Both the position numbers and the translations under genes were made by a program. Shown in pieces: positions 28,064 to 36,547 of a stretch of DNA of 64,000 bases. The notes beneath the pieces were generated by a model that was not told where the DNA came from, did not search any database, and saw only the letters and a program-made list of their open reading frames with translations. Source of the stretch: Steroidobacteraceae bacterium (GTDB lineage Bacteria; Pseudomonadota; Gammaproteobacteria; Steroidobacterales; Steroidobacteraceae); contig DASXMG010000009.1 in assembly GCA_036495805.1 (NCBI GenBank), positions 45,596 to 109,595 of the forward strand. The letters are read 5' to 3'. Numbering within the stretch: position 1 is the first letter of the stretch; each line of letters begins with the position of its first letter.

Positions 28064-29011
28064 TCAGAAAATTATTCCAACCATAACCTGCAGCGAATAG
28101 CCCTGGTATGTCGAATGGTTGGCAAACTCTTTGAAATATTTGAGGCCAAGGTTGAGCCCGTGCTCTGGTACCGTCCCGTTCACTACGAACCCGAGCGCAT
28201 TGACCGCGTAGCGGCTTGCTGTTTCGGCAGCGGAAAGCATGGGTCCGGTCTTAGGGGTTGTTTGGCGCTGCTCGTATCCGGCAAAACCCATCTGAACTCG
28301 AAAGCCTGCCGCACCCGGCAACGCGACCAGCAGCGAGTAGTCTAGATTGATGTTCTGGCCGGGATGGATGCCCGACCCTTCTTGCTTCGTATGAAACTCG
28401 TACATCTCGAACATTGAAAAGGTGAGAATCTTATTACTAAGGACGTCGACGGTTTGTCCGGACGCAAGGGTAGGGCTCCAATACCCATTCCCCACGTTGT
28501 CGTTTGCGGTTGCTTCAAACCGTCCGGTAGGCGCCACTGTTCCGGCCATTGCGCGCACCGAAACACGCGCGCCGTTCCAGCCAAAAATCAGCGGCACAAG
28601 GTAGGCGTCTGCCAGCCCCGTCCCAGCACTGATAGGTCCGTAGGTTTCTGACGTCAAGCTGTTTGTCGCGATGGGAAGCGTGGCGGACGCAGAATAGACC
28701 GCTCCGAGGATCTTCCAATCGCTGATCCAGGCAATGCTGTTCAGATCCATCAACACGGAATTGTCGCCGGCAACCTGAAGCGTATTGCCATCGTTGTCTT
28801 TCGAAATGTTGCGCGAGTAGTACAGCAGCTGATTGGAGTAGGTGAATCCCGATTCAGGAGTGACGCCGGCGTTTACCGCGCTCATGCCCAGGGGATACGT
28901 CCCCCGGTTCTGTGCTTCTGCCCTGAACAACGGGATCATCGCAAGGAAAATGACAGCCCAGGGTTTGATGGCGAAGCTTCCCTCAACGCCTCCGTGCGAG
29001 GCGGCATACAA
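28064..29011 (-). CDS. outer-membrane transporter-like beta-barrel (MetA-pathway/phenol-degradation-like family)
   Basis: Signal-like KPWAVIFLAMIPLFRAEA|Q, then GTYPLGMSAVNAGVTPESGFTYSNQLLYYS. The start is uncertain: TTG 29011 gives a sensible signal peptide, and the ORF in the track runs to 29113. Confidence 0.65.
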   Translation of the reverse strand: MYAASHGGVEGSFAIKPWAVIFLAMIPLFRAEAQNRGTYPLGMSAVNAGVTPESGFTYSNQLLYYSRNISKDNDGNTLQVAGDNSVLMDLNSIAWISDWKILGAVYSASATLPIATNSLTSETYGPISAGTGLADAYLVPLIFGWNGARVSVRAMAGTVAPTGRFEATANDNVGNGYWSPTLASGQTVDVLSNKILTFSMFEMYEFHTKQEGSGIHPGQNINLDYSLLVALPGAAGFRVQMGFAGYEQRQTTPKTGPMLSAAETASRYAVNALGFVVNGTVPEHGLNLGLKYFKEFANHSTYQGYSLQVMVGIIF

Positions 29012-29360
29012 TGCCGCGCAGGCTGAGGTACGGCACGATCGCCAGCAACAAAGCAATCGCCAGGGCTTCCAAGGGAAATAAATTGTGCAGCTCTCTGATC
29101 TGAAATATGACATCGAGAATGATCGCTAAAACGAATACCTTGCCGACGCTCTTCCAACCGTGCTTGAGCTGTGCTTCCACGTGTTGAGGTTGTGTGAAAA
29201 GGCTCCACAGGTACGGTACCTTTCCTGCCTTGGCATCCTTCAACCCATCGATCGTGGCAAAGATAATCGCCATTAGCGGTTGAAGAATGAATCTAATCCT
29301 CATGGAACCGTCAATGCGGTGGGAGAAGTTTTCCATGACGCGCATCCAAACTTCGTGCAT
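28983..29360 (-). CDS. small conserved-looking membrane protein, function unknown
   Basis: 125-aa ORF with hydrophobic segments ILQPLMAIIFATI, VFVLAIILDVIF and ALAIALLLAIVPYL, on the same strand as its neighbours. Coding status not proven. Confidence 0.5.
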   Translation of the reverse strand: MHEVWMRVMENFSHRIDGSMRIRFILQPLMAIIFATIDGLKDAKAGKVPYLWSLFTQPQHVEAQLKHGWKSVGKVFVLAIILDVIFQIRELHNLFPLEALAIALLLAIVPYLSLRGIVCRLARRR

Positions 29361-29409
29361 GTCAATAACTTCGGCCGATCTTCAGCACGGGTCTACCCAT
29401 CGGCGATCT

Positions 29410-30426
29410 TCACATCGCCGCAATGTTTTTCCAGAAATGTTTCAAGCTGTCGGTGCCGCCAAAAAGCGTAGTAAAGTTGGTTGAATCAACCATCAGGATC
29501 TCTCCCGCGCGCTGCGCAGTGGCCGGTAACCAGAGCAGGCTGTTGAATTCCCGGTTTCCCGCCTCGGTAAAAGGGTGGGGACGGTCCGGATCGATGGGCT
29601 GCCGCGCGAGAACATGAACAGTTTGGCCGGCATCGCCGGTCACAGCATAATGCGGTAGATGCGGGTGAAAATTGAGCGTCGGGACGTTATGCAGCAGGCC
29701 AAGTTTGTCCAAATCATTGAAGGGCGTGAGCGGCGTAATGTTGCGTGTGCCCTTTACCAGCGCCGGCCGCAAGCCCCATTGATTGATCACCGGTATGTCC
29801 AGCGCCCTCATGAGAGAGCGCGTGTATAGACCGAAACGTTGTTGGCGCGGCACGAGCCGGTCGCCATGGTGCAGGTATTCAACTTGACGCTGCTCGAGAT
29901 CAGCAGTAAAGCCGACATCGTGGTGCGGCGCGACCAATAGGCAGGTACCTTCGCGTTTCAGCCAAGTTTTGATGGCGTCAATTTCCTCCGCTTCGGCCTC
30001 CTGCCCGGAAAGAATATGATCGAGGCCGAACACGAGCAGCGTGTCGGTGTCCGCGAGAAGCTGTTCGCCTATCGGCAGTTTGAAACCCGCCTGGTCAATG
30101 CGCTGAAATACGGCAACCGGGTACCCGGTGACCTCACCGGCGATTTGCTGGAAGTGCAACGTGGAACGGTGAAAGAGCTCCAGCGTTCCTGCAATGCCCT
30201 GAAGAAACTGTGCCGCGCTCCACTCCGGGGTTTCATAGGTCGGCCAAAGCACATTGCGGACTTCGGTCATCGTCGAGAAACGATTTTCAATCACGGCCGG
30301 ATCGCGTTGCGACTCCCATGGATAACTCCACGCCCAGTAGATACTGATGCGTCGCCTGCCCGCACAGTATTTTCGGGCGATATGGTTTTGATTGTATGTG
30401 CGTATGGGCGGGATCGGTGAACTCAT
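29410..30426 (-). CDS. hypothetical protein (possibly ThuA/GATase1-like fold)
   Basis: 338-aa ORF, ATGA overlap with the DyP stop. The segment DTLLVFGLDH…EEIDAIKTWLKREGTCLLVAPHHDVG is reminiscent of ThuA-like proteins. Weak call. Confidence 0.6.
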   Translation of the reverse strand: MSSPIPPIRTYNQNHIARKYCAGRRRISIYWAWSYPWESQRDPAVIENRFSTMTEVRNVLWPTYETPEWSAAQFLQGIAGTLELFHRSTLHFQQIAGEVTGYPVAVFQRIDQAGFKLPIGEQLLADTDTLLVFGLDHILSGQEAEAEEIDAIKTWLKREGTCLLVAPHHDVGFTADLEQRQVEYLHHGDRLVPRQQRFGLYTRSLMRALDIPVINQWGLRPALVKGTRNITPLTPFNDLDKLGLLHNVPTLNFHPHLPHYAVTGDAGQTVHVLARQPIDPDRPHPFTEAGNREFNSLLWLPATAQRAGEILMVDSTNFTTLFGGTDSLKHFWKNIAAM

Positions 30427-31760
30427 GGATGCACCGCGTCGGAGTTGTCGATTGCCGCGAGCCAGCGCAACGCTTTGAGGCCGGGAAGAAAAAAATAGGC
30501 GCCACCGCGTACGCTCGTGAATGCAGGCAGGCCGGTAAACTTCTTGCGGATCGGCCGCCTCGGGACTGTGAAGTCCAAGGCGCCGTCCTGATTGCCTACA
30601 AACGGGTCGCGTTCATTGCCAAGCTCGTGAAAATTCCTGTCGTTCACCCAGACGTTCTGCGCGAACTCGAACTGCCGGATAAGGCTCGAGCAAATTACGA
30701 ATGCGCCGATGCCGCGCTCCGTGCCGTCGTCTGGTGCGCCATCCGCCAAATATGATCCGTAGGTCGCACCGCGGCGAATCATGCGGCGGCGGTTGATATT
30801 GGCGGCAGTGTCGCGCGGATTCATGCGGCGAATATGCGATCCAAGAGGTACCGCATAACCGTGCGGGTCCTCTTCCTTGTAGTTGAATTGGTTGTTTCGT
30901 TGTGGATCCGCACCGAGCGCGGCATCATCCTTTTGCGGCGAGAGCACGAGCGGTGCGCCGCTGCGCCAACGGCCCATGAGTTTCGCCGCGATATGTTCCT
31001 GCTCCTCCAGTGTTTGTCCGTTGGCGCGCAAAAATTCCCTGAATCGTCCGACATGCTCTGCGAGCCGGCGATAGGCCATGTAGCTGCCGTTGCGCGAGAG
31101 GATCTCCGGCTGTGGCAGCATGGGACCGGCACCCGCTTCGTCCTCATACCCCAGGATGAATTCGCCCGGTTTCACTGGAGGGCCGGATCCTGGGGTCGGC
31201 ACATCGCCCGAGCCTTCGATGACGGGCTGCGAGAGACGGTCGCGATATCCGAAGTGATCGTGCGCATACTCGAAGGGCGGAGTGGCCTCGAGATCAAGCG
31301 TGGACAGCACGTCAACGCCGGGGCACCGTGCGAGCAATTTCTCATGCTCCATCGTGGCGCGTGTGCGCTCGTTGCCATCGCGCGCAAAAAGTATCGCGAC
31401 GGCATGTAGATCGGCCCCGCCGGTTTTGTCCACCCAGTTGTCAGGATGGTTCGAGCCGGTGTCGCCCAGGATCGCCGCGCGCTTGACCATGCCTTGCCGA
31501 AACTCCTCCGGAAATGTCGCCAACGAGGCCGCGTCCACGCCGAGGGCGCCCAGCCCATTCCATGTGAACGCGACCGTGACCCAGCGCCTGTCCTGCGAGA
31601 CGGCGTCTCTCATTGCTTTTACGGAATGTACCTTCTGGAGCACTGCCGCCAGCCACGCGCGGCCGGCCGCGGCATGCTTGAAGGACAGGAAAATGTATTG
31701 TCCGTTGAGTGCGGGCGCGCGGGTCAAGAGGATGTATTGGATGTCGTCGAAGTCGAGCAT
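30423..31760 (-). CDS. DyP-type heme peroxidase (no signal peptide)
   Basis: GXXDG motif (GNQDG), proximal-His region GSHIRRMNPRD, 445 aa. Confidence 0.88.
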   Translation of the reverse strand: MLDFDDIQYILLTRAPALNGQYIFLSFKHAAAGRAWLAAVLQKVHSVKAMRDAVSQDRRWVTVAFTWNGLGALGVDAASLATFPEEFRQGMVKRAAILGDTGSNHPDNWVDKTGGADLHAVAILFARDGNERTRATMEHEKLLARCPGVDVLSTLDLEATPPFEYAHDHFGYRDRLSQPVIEGSGDVPTPGSGPPVKPGEFILGYEDEAGAGPMLPQPEILSRNGSYMAYRRLAEHVGRFREFLRANGQTLEEQEHIAAKLMGRWRSGAPLVLSPQKDDAALGADPQRNNQFNYKEEDPHGYAVPLGSHIRRMNPRDTAANINRRRMIRRGATYGSYLADGAPDDGTERGIGAFVICSSLIRQFEFAQNVWVNDRNFHELGNERDPFVGNQDGALDFTVPRRPIRKKFTGLPAFTSVRGGAYFFLPGLKALRWLAAIDNSDAVHP

Positions 31761-31778
31761 GGCGTTGCGGTGAGCTCG

Positions 31779-32351
31779 TTACTGCATTTGGTCAAGCATG
31801 TTGGAGAAAGAGGTTTTGAGCCGTAGTGCCTTCTTGATCTCCTCGGCGCTCACGAACGGATATTCCCCATATTCCAGGAAGCTCGGACATTGGTGTTCGC
31901 GCACGAATTTGGCGAAGGCCGGCGAATTGGTCTGCCAGTCCGCGGGGAATCCTTCGAGATTTTCAAAAACCGTGCGGATACCAAGTGCCGAAAAAAGTGC
32001 CACGGCGTCCTCGGTATATTTGTCGAAGTCCGTGTCGAAGATGCCCTGATACATGAAGTAGATCTCGCCCTTGATTGGGAAGAGAACCCAGCGCAGATAA
32101 TGCAGTTTGAGCACTGCGAGACAGTCCGGCTGGCCGGCGACCGCCTTCTCGAGGTTGCGCGCATACTCGTAAAAGACCGGCTCCCTGCCGGCAATGATCT
32201 TTGCGATAATCGTGAAGCCGTACGAGGCGGGCGTCTTTGGGAAGATCGGCCCGAAACGGCCCTGTTCGACTTTGTCGGCGAAGAAGCCGCCCTTTGGGAT
32301 CGCCATCGCGGCGGGTTTGGACCACTCGGGCTGTTTGGAAATGTCGGACAT
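31779..32351 (-). CDS. hypothetical protein, first gene of the DyP cluster
   Basis: 190-aa ORF 18 nt upstream of the DyP gene, normal composition, no recognised motif. Confidence 0.6.
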   Translation of the reverse strand: MSDISKQPEWSKPAAMAIPKGGFFADKVEQGRFGPIFPKTPASYGFTIIAKIIAGREPVFYEYARNLEKAVAGQPDCLAVLKLHYLRWVLFPIKGEIYFMYQGIFDTDFDKYTEDAVALFSALGIRTVFENLEGFPADWQTNSPAFAKFVREHQCPSFLEYGEYPFVSAEEIKKALRLKTSFSNMLDQMQ

Positions 32352-32468
32352 GGTGTGTGCTCTAGTGACTTTGGCGGGGCGGAAGACTAGCGGACAGCCG
32401 CAATTCGCAACCTACGGTATGCAGACCTGAGCGGCAATTGTCCTTTGGTGCAGAACTGAGTGGGTTCT

Positions 32469-35400
32469 TCAAGGTCCGCGACTCACGCCATCGATTGCCG
32501 GGCGGTTCTCGGCGTCATTGGTGGCGAACTGAGGCCGCACGACAGACTTATCGGTCGACTCTTCGATCAACGCACGGAGTTTCGGCGCGAGCGCTCGTAG
32601 CAGCGAGACGGCTAGGGAGCTGGTGAAGTGGTAGTTCGCCGCCTGTGCTCCGGGTACAAATGCGGTGACCGTGCCGTACAGGCGATCGCCAACAAAAAAC
32701 ACGAATGTCGCGGTCCGGTCGACCAAGCGCGATTCGATGAGTTGGTGCCCGGGCCCGAACGACTCGAATCGGTTATCGCCAGTTCCCGTCTTGCCGCCGA
32801 TCCGAAGCGGTCTCCCGTCTGCTCCGAAGAAAACGCCGCGCGCCCTCGCCGCGGTTCCCGCATCGACGACACCGACGAGGACACGGCGCAGCGTGGCGGC
32901 GACCTCCGCGGACATCACTCGTGTTGATGGCGCAGGCTTGTAGATCATTTCTGTTTCGTACGGTGTGCCGGCAGCGAAACGCACGTGTTGAAGATCGGTG
33001 GTGGGCAGCTTTACGCCGTCATTGAGGATGATTCCCATCAGCGTGGCGAGCGCATCGGGTCGGTCGCCGGAACTGCCTATCGCCGTGGCCAGAGATGGAA
33101 CCAGGCGGCCGAATGGATAGCCTTGCTGTTTCCAGTCCAGCAAAAGGCGGTCGAATGCATCCTGCTCGATCAACTCCCGGATTCGTACGTTTTGCTGGTG
33201 GGTTTTTGCGTTTTTAAACAGCCAGGCATACGCCTGCTGTCGTTGGTCGGCGCTGGCAGCGATGACCTGCGAGCGCGTGACGTGCGGGTGCTGGTACAGG
33301 TGCGCCGCCAGCCAGAGTTCGAGCGGGTGGACGCCGGCAAGGTATCCGCGGTCATTCAGCGAGAATCTTTTCGGGGCGAATTTGGCGTACAGATCCTTGG
33401 CGGCGCTTGCAGATACTTCTTCGTTGGCATAACGCGCGATGAAGTCCTGCATCTGCGCCATTGTTTCATCGGGCCGTACAGTACGAAAAACCACCGCGAG
33501 CCGGCGCGGCGTCGGTTGGCCGCTGCCGGCGAGCTGCTCAAGCGCCTCGTCTGGCGATAGATTCGCGTAGCTGAGATAGAAATGATTGAGGAAAACAGTG
33601 CCTTCCTGATCGGCGAAGCGGCGCAACAGTTCCTGGCGTACGGAACCATCGGAACCGTGCACGCCCTCGTGCGCGCCCAAGTTGGCTTCGTAGTGCTGTA
33701 TCACTTCCCGTAACAGGCGCACGAAGGCAAGATTGATCGAGCGCTCGAAGGCTTGTTCGACGGTCGGGATCTCAGTGTCTTCCCCGGGCTCGAAATTATG
33801 AAAGACGTGTACGCCGCCGCCGGTGAAGAATTCCTGGAGCGGACTGGCGGAATAGCGGCGCTGCATCGCGCCATTCAGCATTGTCTGCAACGTACGGTGT
33901 CCGGGCTGCGTGCTTGAAAGGTAGTCCGCCGCCCATCTCCTCAGCGGGTCATCGCTGGTCTCGGCCAGCTTGCGCAGCGCCGGCGCCGGCAAATTAGAGA
34001 GTTCGCGATACTGGCTGTCGATGATGCCAAGATAGGTCGAAAGTGTCCTCAGCTTGGCGGTAGATCCCAGTATCAGCTTCGCTCCTGAATTCAAGTCAAA
34101 GGGCTGCTCCATACTGTCGGCGTGAACGCGGATAAGATTGCGGTCCTTGACGCGCTCATAGAGAACAACGCTCCACACGACGTTGCCTGGATCGGCCTCG
34201 TCCAGGAGTTGATAGCCCGTCAATCCCAGCGCACCGACCTCCGTGGGATCCTTCAGCTGCTCGAGGAGCGTCGCCACCTGGCTTTGTGTCGCTCCATCGA
34301 TGCTGATATCGGCCGAAAGATCCAACCGGTCGAGGATATTGACCTGCGGCAGACCAAGCGCCCGCATAAGCTCCTTGCGCACGGCATCGATGGCTTTGCG
34401 CTCCACGAATGAGCGCGCACTCGGCGGCGGCGGTGCCGGTGTGAAATTGAGCCGGCGCACCAGTGCCGCGTCGCGCAGTGCAGGATCGATCACGCCTGCC
34501 GAAGCCAGGGCGCGCAGATAGCTGTCGGTGAGGAGTTCGAGATCCGCGCGGCCGGCGTTCAAATAGTAGGTGGGCCTACGTTGAGCGATCAGCAGCCCCA
34601 ACACCTCCTTGTAGATCTGCGCACGGCGCTCCATTTGAGCGTCAGAGGCAGGCGGAAGCGAAAGCAGCTTGTTCGCCTCAGTCAGATCGACACCAAACCA
34701 TGCGGACATTGCATCGCCCAAGCCGACAACCTCTCCATAGGCCGGCCTTGAGCCCAAAGGCGTCGAATCAAGATAGGCCGTGACGATCTCCCGTTGCGCA
34801 GCCATCGTCTCAAAATCATCCAGATAAGCGCGGGCTGTCGCTGTCACGATTTGCCGCATTTTCTCGGTAGCGCTCCCAGTACGCCCATCGGGCGAGTGCC
34901 GATATTTCTCGATCTGCGTCGCCAACGTACTGGCTCCTCCGAGCCTGAGGCGGGGATTGACCATTCCGCCCAGCTGCCCGGCGGCTGCCCGGGCGAAGCG
35001 CCGCCAAACGACTGCGGGATTGCGGTAAGGGTCTTTCGGATTCAAAAGCTCACGATCTTCAATAAACCGCAGCGTGTCGACGAGCAGTTTGGGTATCTCC
35101 TCGAAGCGGCGATAAATCGCCGACGGATAAGACGTGGCCTCGAGCGTGCGGCCCGAACTATCCGTCAGCATCAGTCCCGCCTGCGCCTTTTCGTGGTACA
35201 CAGCATAGCCGCCGGCCTCGATGAAGCGCACCAACGCAGCCGACTGAACCGCCTGGCTGACGATCTCGAAGTTGCGGGATTTCAGGCGACCAATCAGCGC
35301 GGGCATATTGGCGTAACCCAGGCGTTGATCGTATGGTCCGCCGCGAGGAAATCGCACAGCCGGGCTTGCCCCCGGTTTCATCTCGAATCTCAAGTCGGCA

Positions 35401-35696
35401 ACGGCACGATGGATAAACAACGAATCTAGATGCGCATTGCCAAGCAGCAGCATGAGGAGCACGCATCCCAGCAGCAAGCCAAAGCCCCAATACAATGCCC
35501 GCTTGAGCTTCGATTTTCGCGGCCGTGCTGCGGGGCTTGTGTCTGGGTCGTACTTCGCGCCGGCTGAACGAAGCTTCGCCGTCGCTGCACGCGGAATCGT
35601 TCCCGCATATGTCGCTACCAGAGGCGTGCGATCACGGGATTCGGCCGTCATCCCGACTGGTTGGGGGCGCCGTTCGTTGGAGAACTGGACTGTCAC
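32469..35696 (-). CDS. very large transglycosylase-domain (GT51-like) / penicillin-binding-like membrane protein
   Basis: N-terminal TM ALYWGFGLLLGCVLLMLLLG, GT51-like motifs RFIEDRELL and GGASTLATQIEKY, SxxK-like GSTAKL, KTG motif GGKTGTGDN near the C-terminus, 1075 aa. Confidence 0.8.
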   Translation of the reverse strand: MTVQFSNERRPQPVGMTAESRDRTPLVATYAGTIPRAATAKLRSAGAKYDPDTSPAARPRKSKLKRALYWGFGLLLGCVLLMLLLGNAHLDSLFIHRAVADLRFEMKPGASPAVRFPRGGPYDQRLGYANMPALIGRLKSRNFEIVSQAVQSAALVRFIEAGGYAVYHEKAQAGLMLTDSSGRTLEATSYPSAIYRRFEEIPKLLVDTLRFIEDRELLNPKDPYRNPAVVWRRFARAAAGQLGGMVNPRLRLGGASTLATQIEKYRHSPDGRTGSATEKMRQIVTATARAYLDDFETMAAQREIVTAYLDSTPLGSRPAYGEVVGLGDAMSAWFGVDLTEANKLLSLPPASDAQMERRAQIYKEVLGLLIAQRRPTYYLNAGRADLELLTDSYLRALASAGVIDPALRDAALVRRLNFTPAPPPPSARSFVERKAIDAVRKELMRALGLPQVNILDRLDLSADISIDGATQSQVATLLEQLKDPTEVGALGLTGYQLLDEADPGNVVWSVVLYERVKDRNLIRVHADSMEQPFDLNSGAKLILGSTAKLRTLSTYLGIIDSQYRELSNLPAPALRKLAETSDDPLRRWAADYLSSTQPGHRTLQTMLNGAMQRRYSASPLQEFFTGGGVHVFHNFEPGEDTEIPTVEQAFERSINLAFVRLLREVIQHYEANLGAHEGVHGSDGSVRQELLRRFADQEGTVFLNHFYLSYANLSPDEALEQLAGSGQPTPRRLAVVFRTVRPDETMAQMQDFIARYANEEVSASAAKDLYAKFAPKRFSLNDRGYLAGVHPLELWLAAHLYQHPHVTRSQVIAASADQRQQAYAWLFKNAKTHQQNVRIRELIEQDAFDRLLLDWKQQGYPFGRLVPSLATAIGSSGDRPDALATLMGIILNDGVKLPTTDLQHVRFAAGTPYETEMIYKPAPSTRVMSAEVAATLRRVLVGVVDAGTAARARGVFFGADGRPLRIGGKTGTGDNRFESFGPGHQLIESRLVDRTATFVFFVGDRLYGTVTAFVPGAQAANYHFTSSLAVSLLRALAPKLRALIEESTDKSVVRPQFATNDAENRPAIDGVSRGP

Positions 35697-35912
35697 TCGG
35701 CGCTCCCGGAGAAATCAAGGCTCACGCGGTTTCGCGCCGCCATCGCCAATGCGTAAATCTGTGGTGTCCCGAACATATCGGAAGACATGGGGCAGCGCGA
35801 TGTACGAAGGGGCATGCCGCTTGGCCCCGCAGGGCAAGTCCGCGAATGAAGTCATGGAGCTAAGATGCGAGACCGTTAAGGTCCGATCTAAAGCAAACGG
35901 AGATTCTCAAGT

Positions 35913-36521
35913 ATGAAAGCCGCCGCCTCCACGATTGCGTTGGCAATCATCGCGATTCTGATTGACGCCGCGCCGCTCGCCGCGAACGCGCAAACGGCCG
36001 TTACGAACGTGACGTCTGCCCCGGGTAAGCTTCGGGCCGGCGGAACTCTCAGGATGACCGCCACCGTGCTTTCCATCGACATGGGCAGCCGTGACGTATT
36101 GCTGATGGACGCGCAGGGAAAGCTGCTCACGGTCAATGTGAGCGACCAAGCCAGAAATCTTGATCAAGTGAGGGTCGGAGATAAGTTGACCGCCGAATAC
36201 ACCGAGGCGATATCGTTGCAGCTGAAGAAGCGCGGCAGCGCAGGCGGCTCGCCGGCGATTACGGACGAGGCCTTGGTGCGCTCGCCTAAGGGTGCGAAGC
36301 CGGCCGGTGCCGTCGGCCGCAAAGTGACGGCCATTGCTACCGTTGTGGCGGTGAACACGGAGAAACAATTCATCACTCTGCGCGGCCCCCAGGGCAACGA
36401 ATACGATTTGCAGGTGCGCGACCCCGCTCAGTTCACTGCTGTCAAGAAAGGCGACGAGGTCGAAGTGGTTTATACCGAGGCGATGGCTCTTGCTGTGGAG
36501 CCGACGCCGAACTCGCAGTAG
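35913..36521 (+). CDS. secreted protein with an internally duplicated ~70-aa beta-rich module, function unknown
   Basis: Signal peptide …APLAANA|Q. Repeat 1 is …LTVNVSDQARNLDQVRVGDKLTAEYTEAISLQL and repeat 2 is …YDLQVRDPAQFTAVKKGDEVEVVYTEAMALAV. Confidence 0.7.
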   Translation: MKAAASTIALAIIAILIDAAPLAANAQTAVTNVTSAPGKLRAGGTLRMTATVLSIDMGSRDVLLMDAQGKLLTVNVSDQARNLDQVRVGDKLTAEYTEAISLQLKKRGSAGGSPAITDEALVRSPKGAKPAGAVGRKVTAIATVVAVNTEKQFITLRGPQGNEYDLQVRDPAQFTAVKKGDEVEVVYTEAMALAVEPTPNSQ

Positions 36522-36547
36522 CGGCGACATTCAACGACCCTACGATG

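Noticed and set aside
30423-31760. DyP peroxidase as an encapsulin cargo protein.
   Set aside because: There is no encapsulin shell-like gene (about 270 aa, HK97 fold) adjacent, and the DyP C-terminus (…LAAIDNSDAVHP) lacks a recognisable targeting peptide.
32425-32465. TTGTCCTTTGGTGCAGAACTGAGTGGG, about 60 percent similar to box 1 and the spacer of the conserved element.
   Set aside because: It is on the wrong strand for the downstream DyP cluster, box 2 and -35/-10 are absent, and it abuts the 3' end of the PBP-like gene. Treated as chance similarity.
35907-36530. 207-aa ORF antisense to the secreted tandem-module gene.
   Set aside because: It gives an Arg-rich, motif-free translation. The plus-strand ORF has a clear signal peptide and an internally consistent repeat structure.
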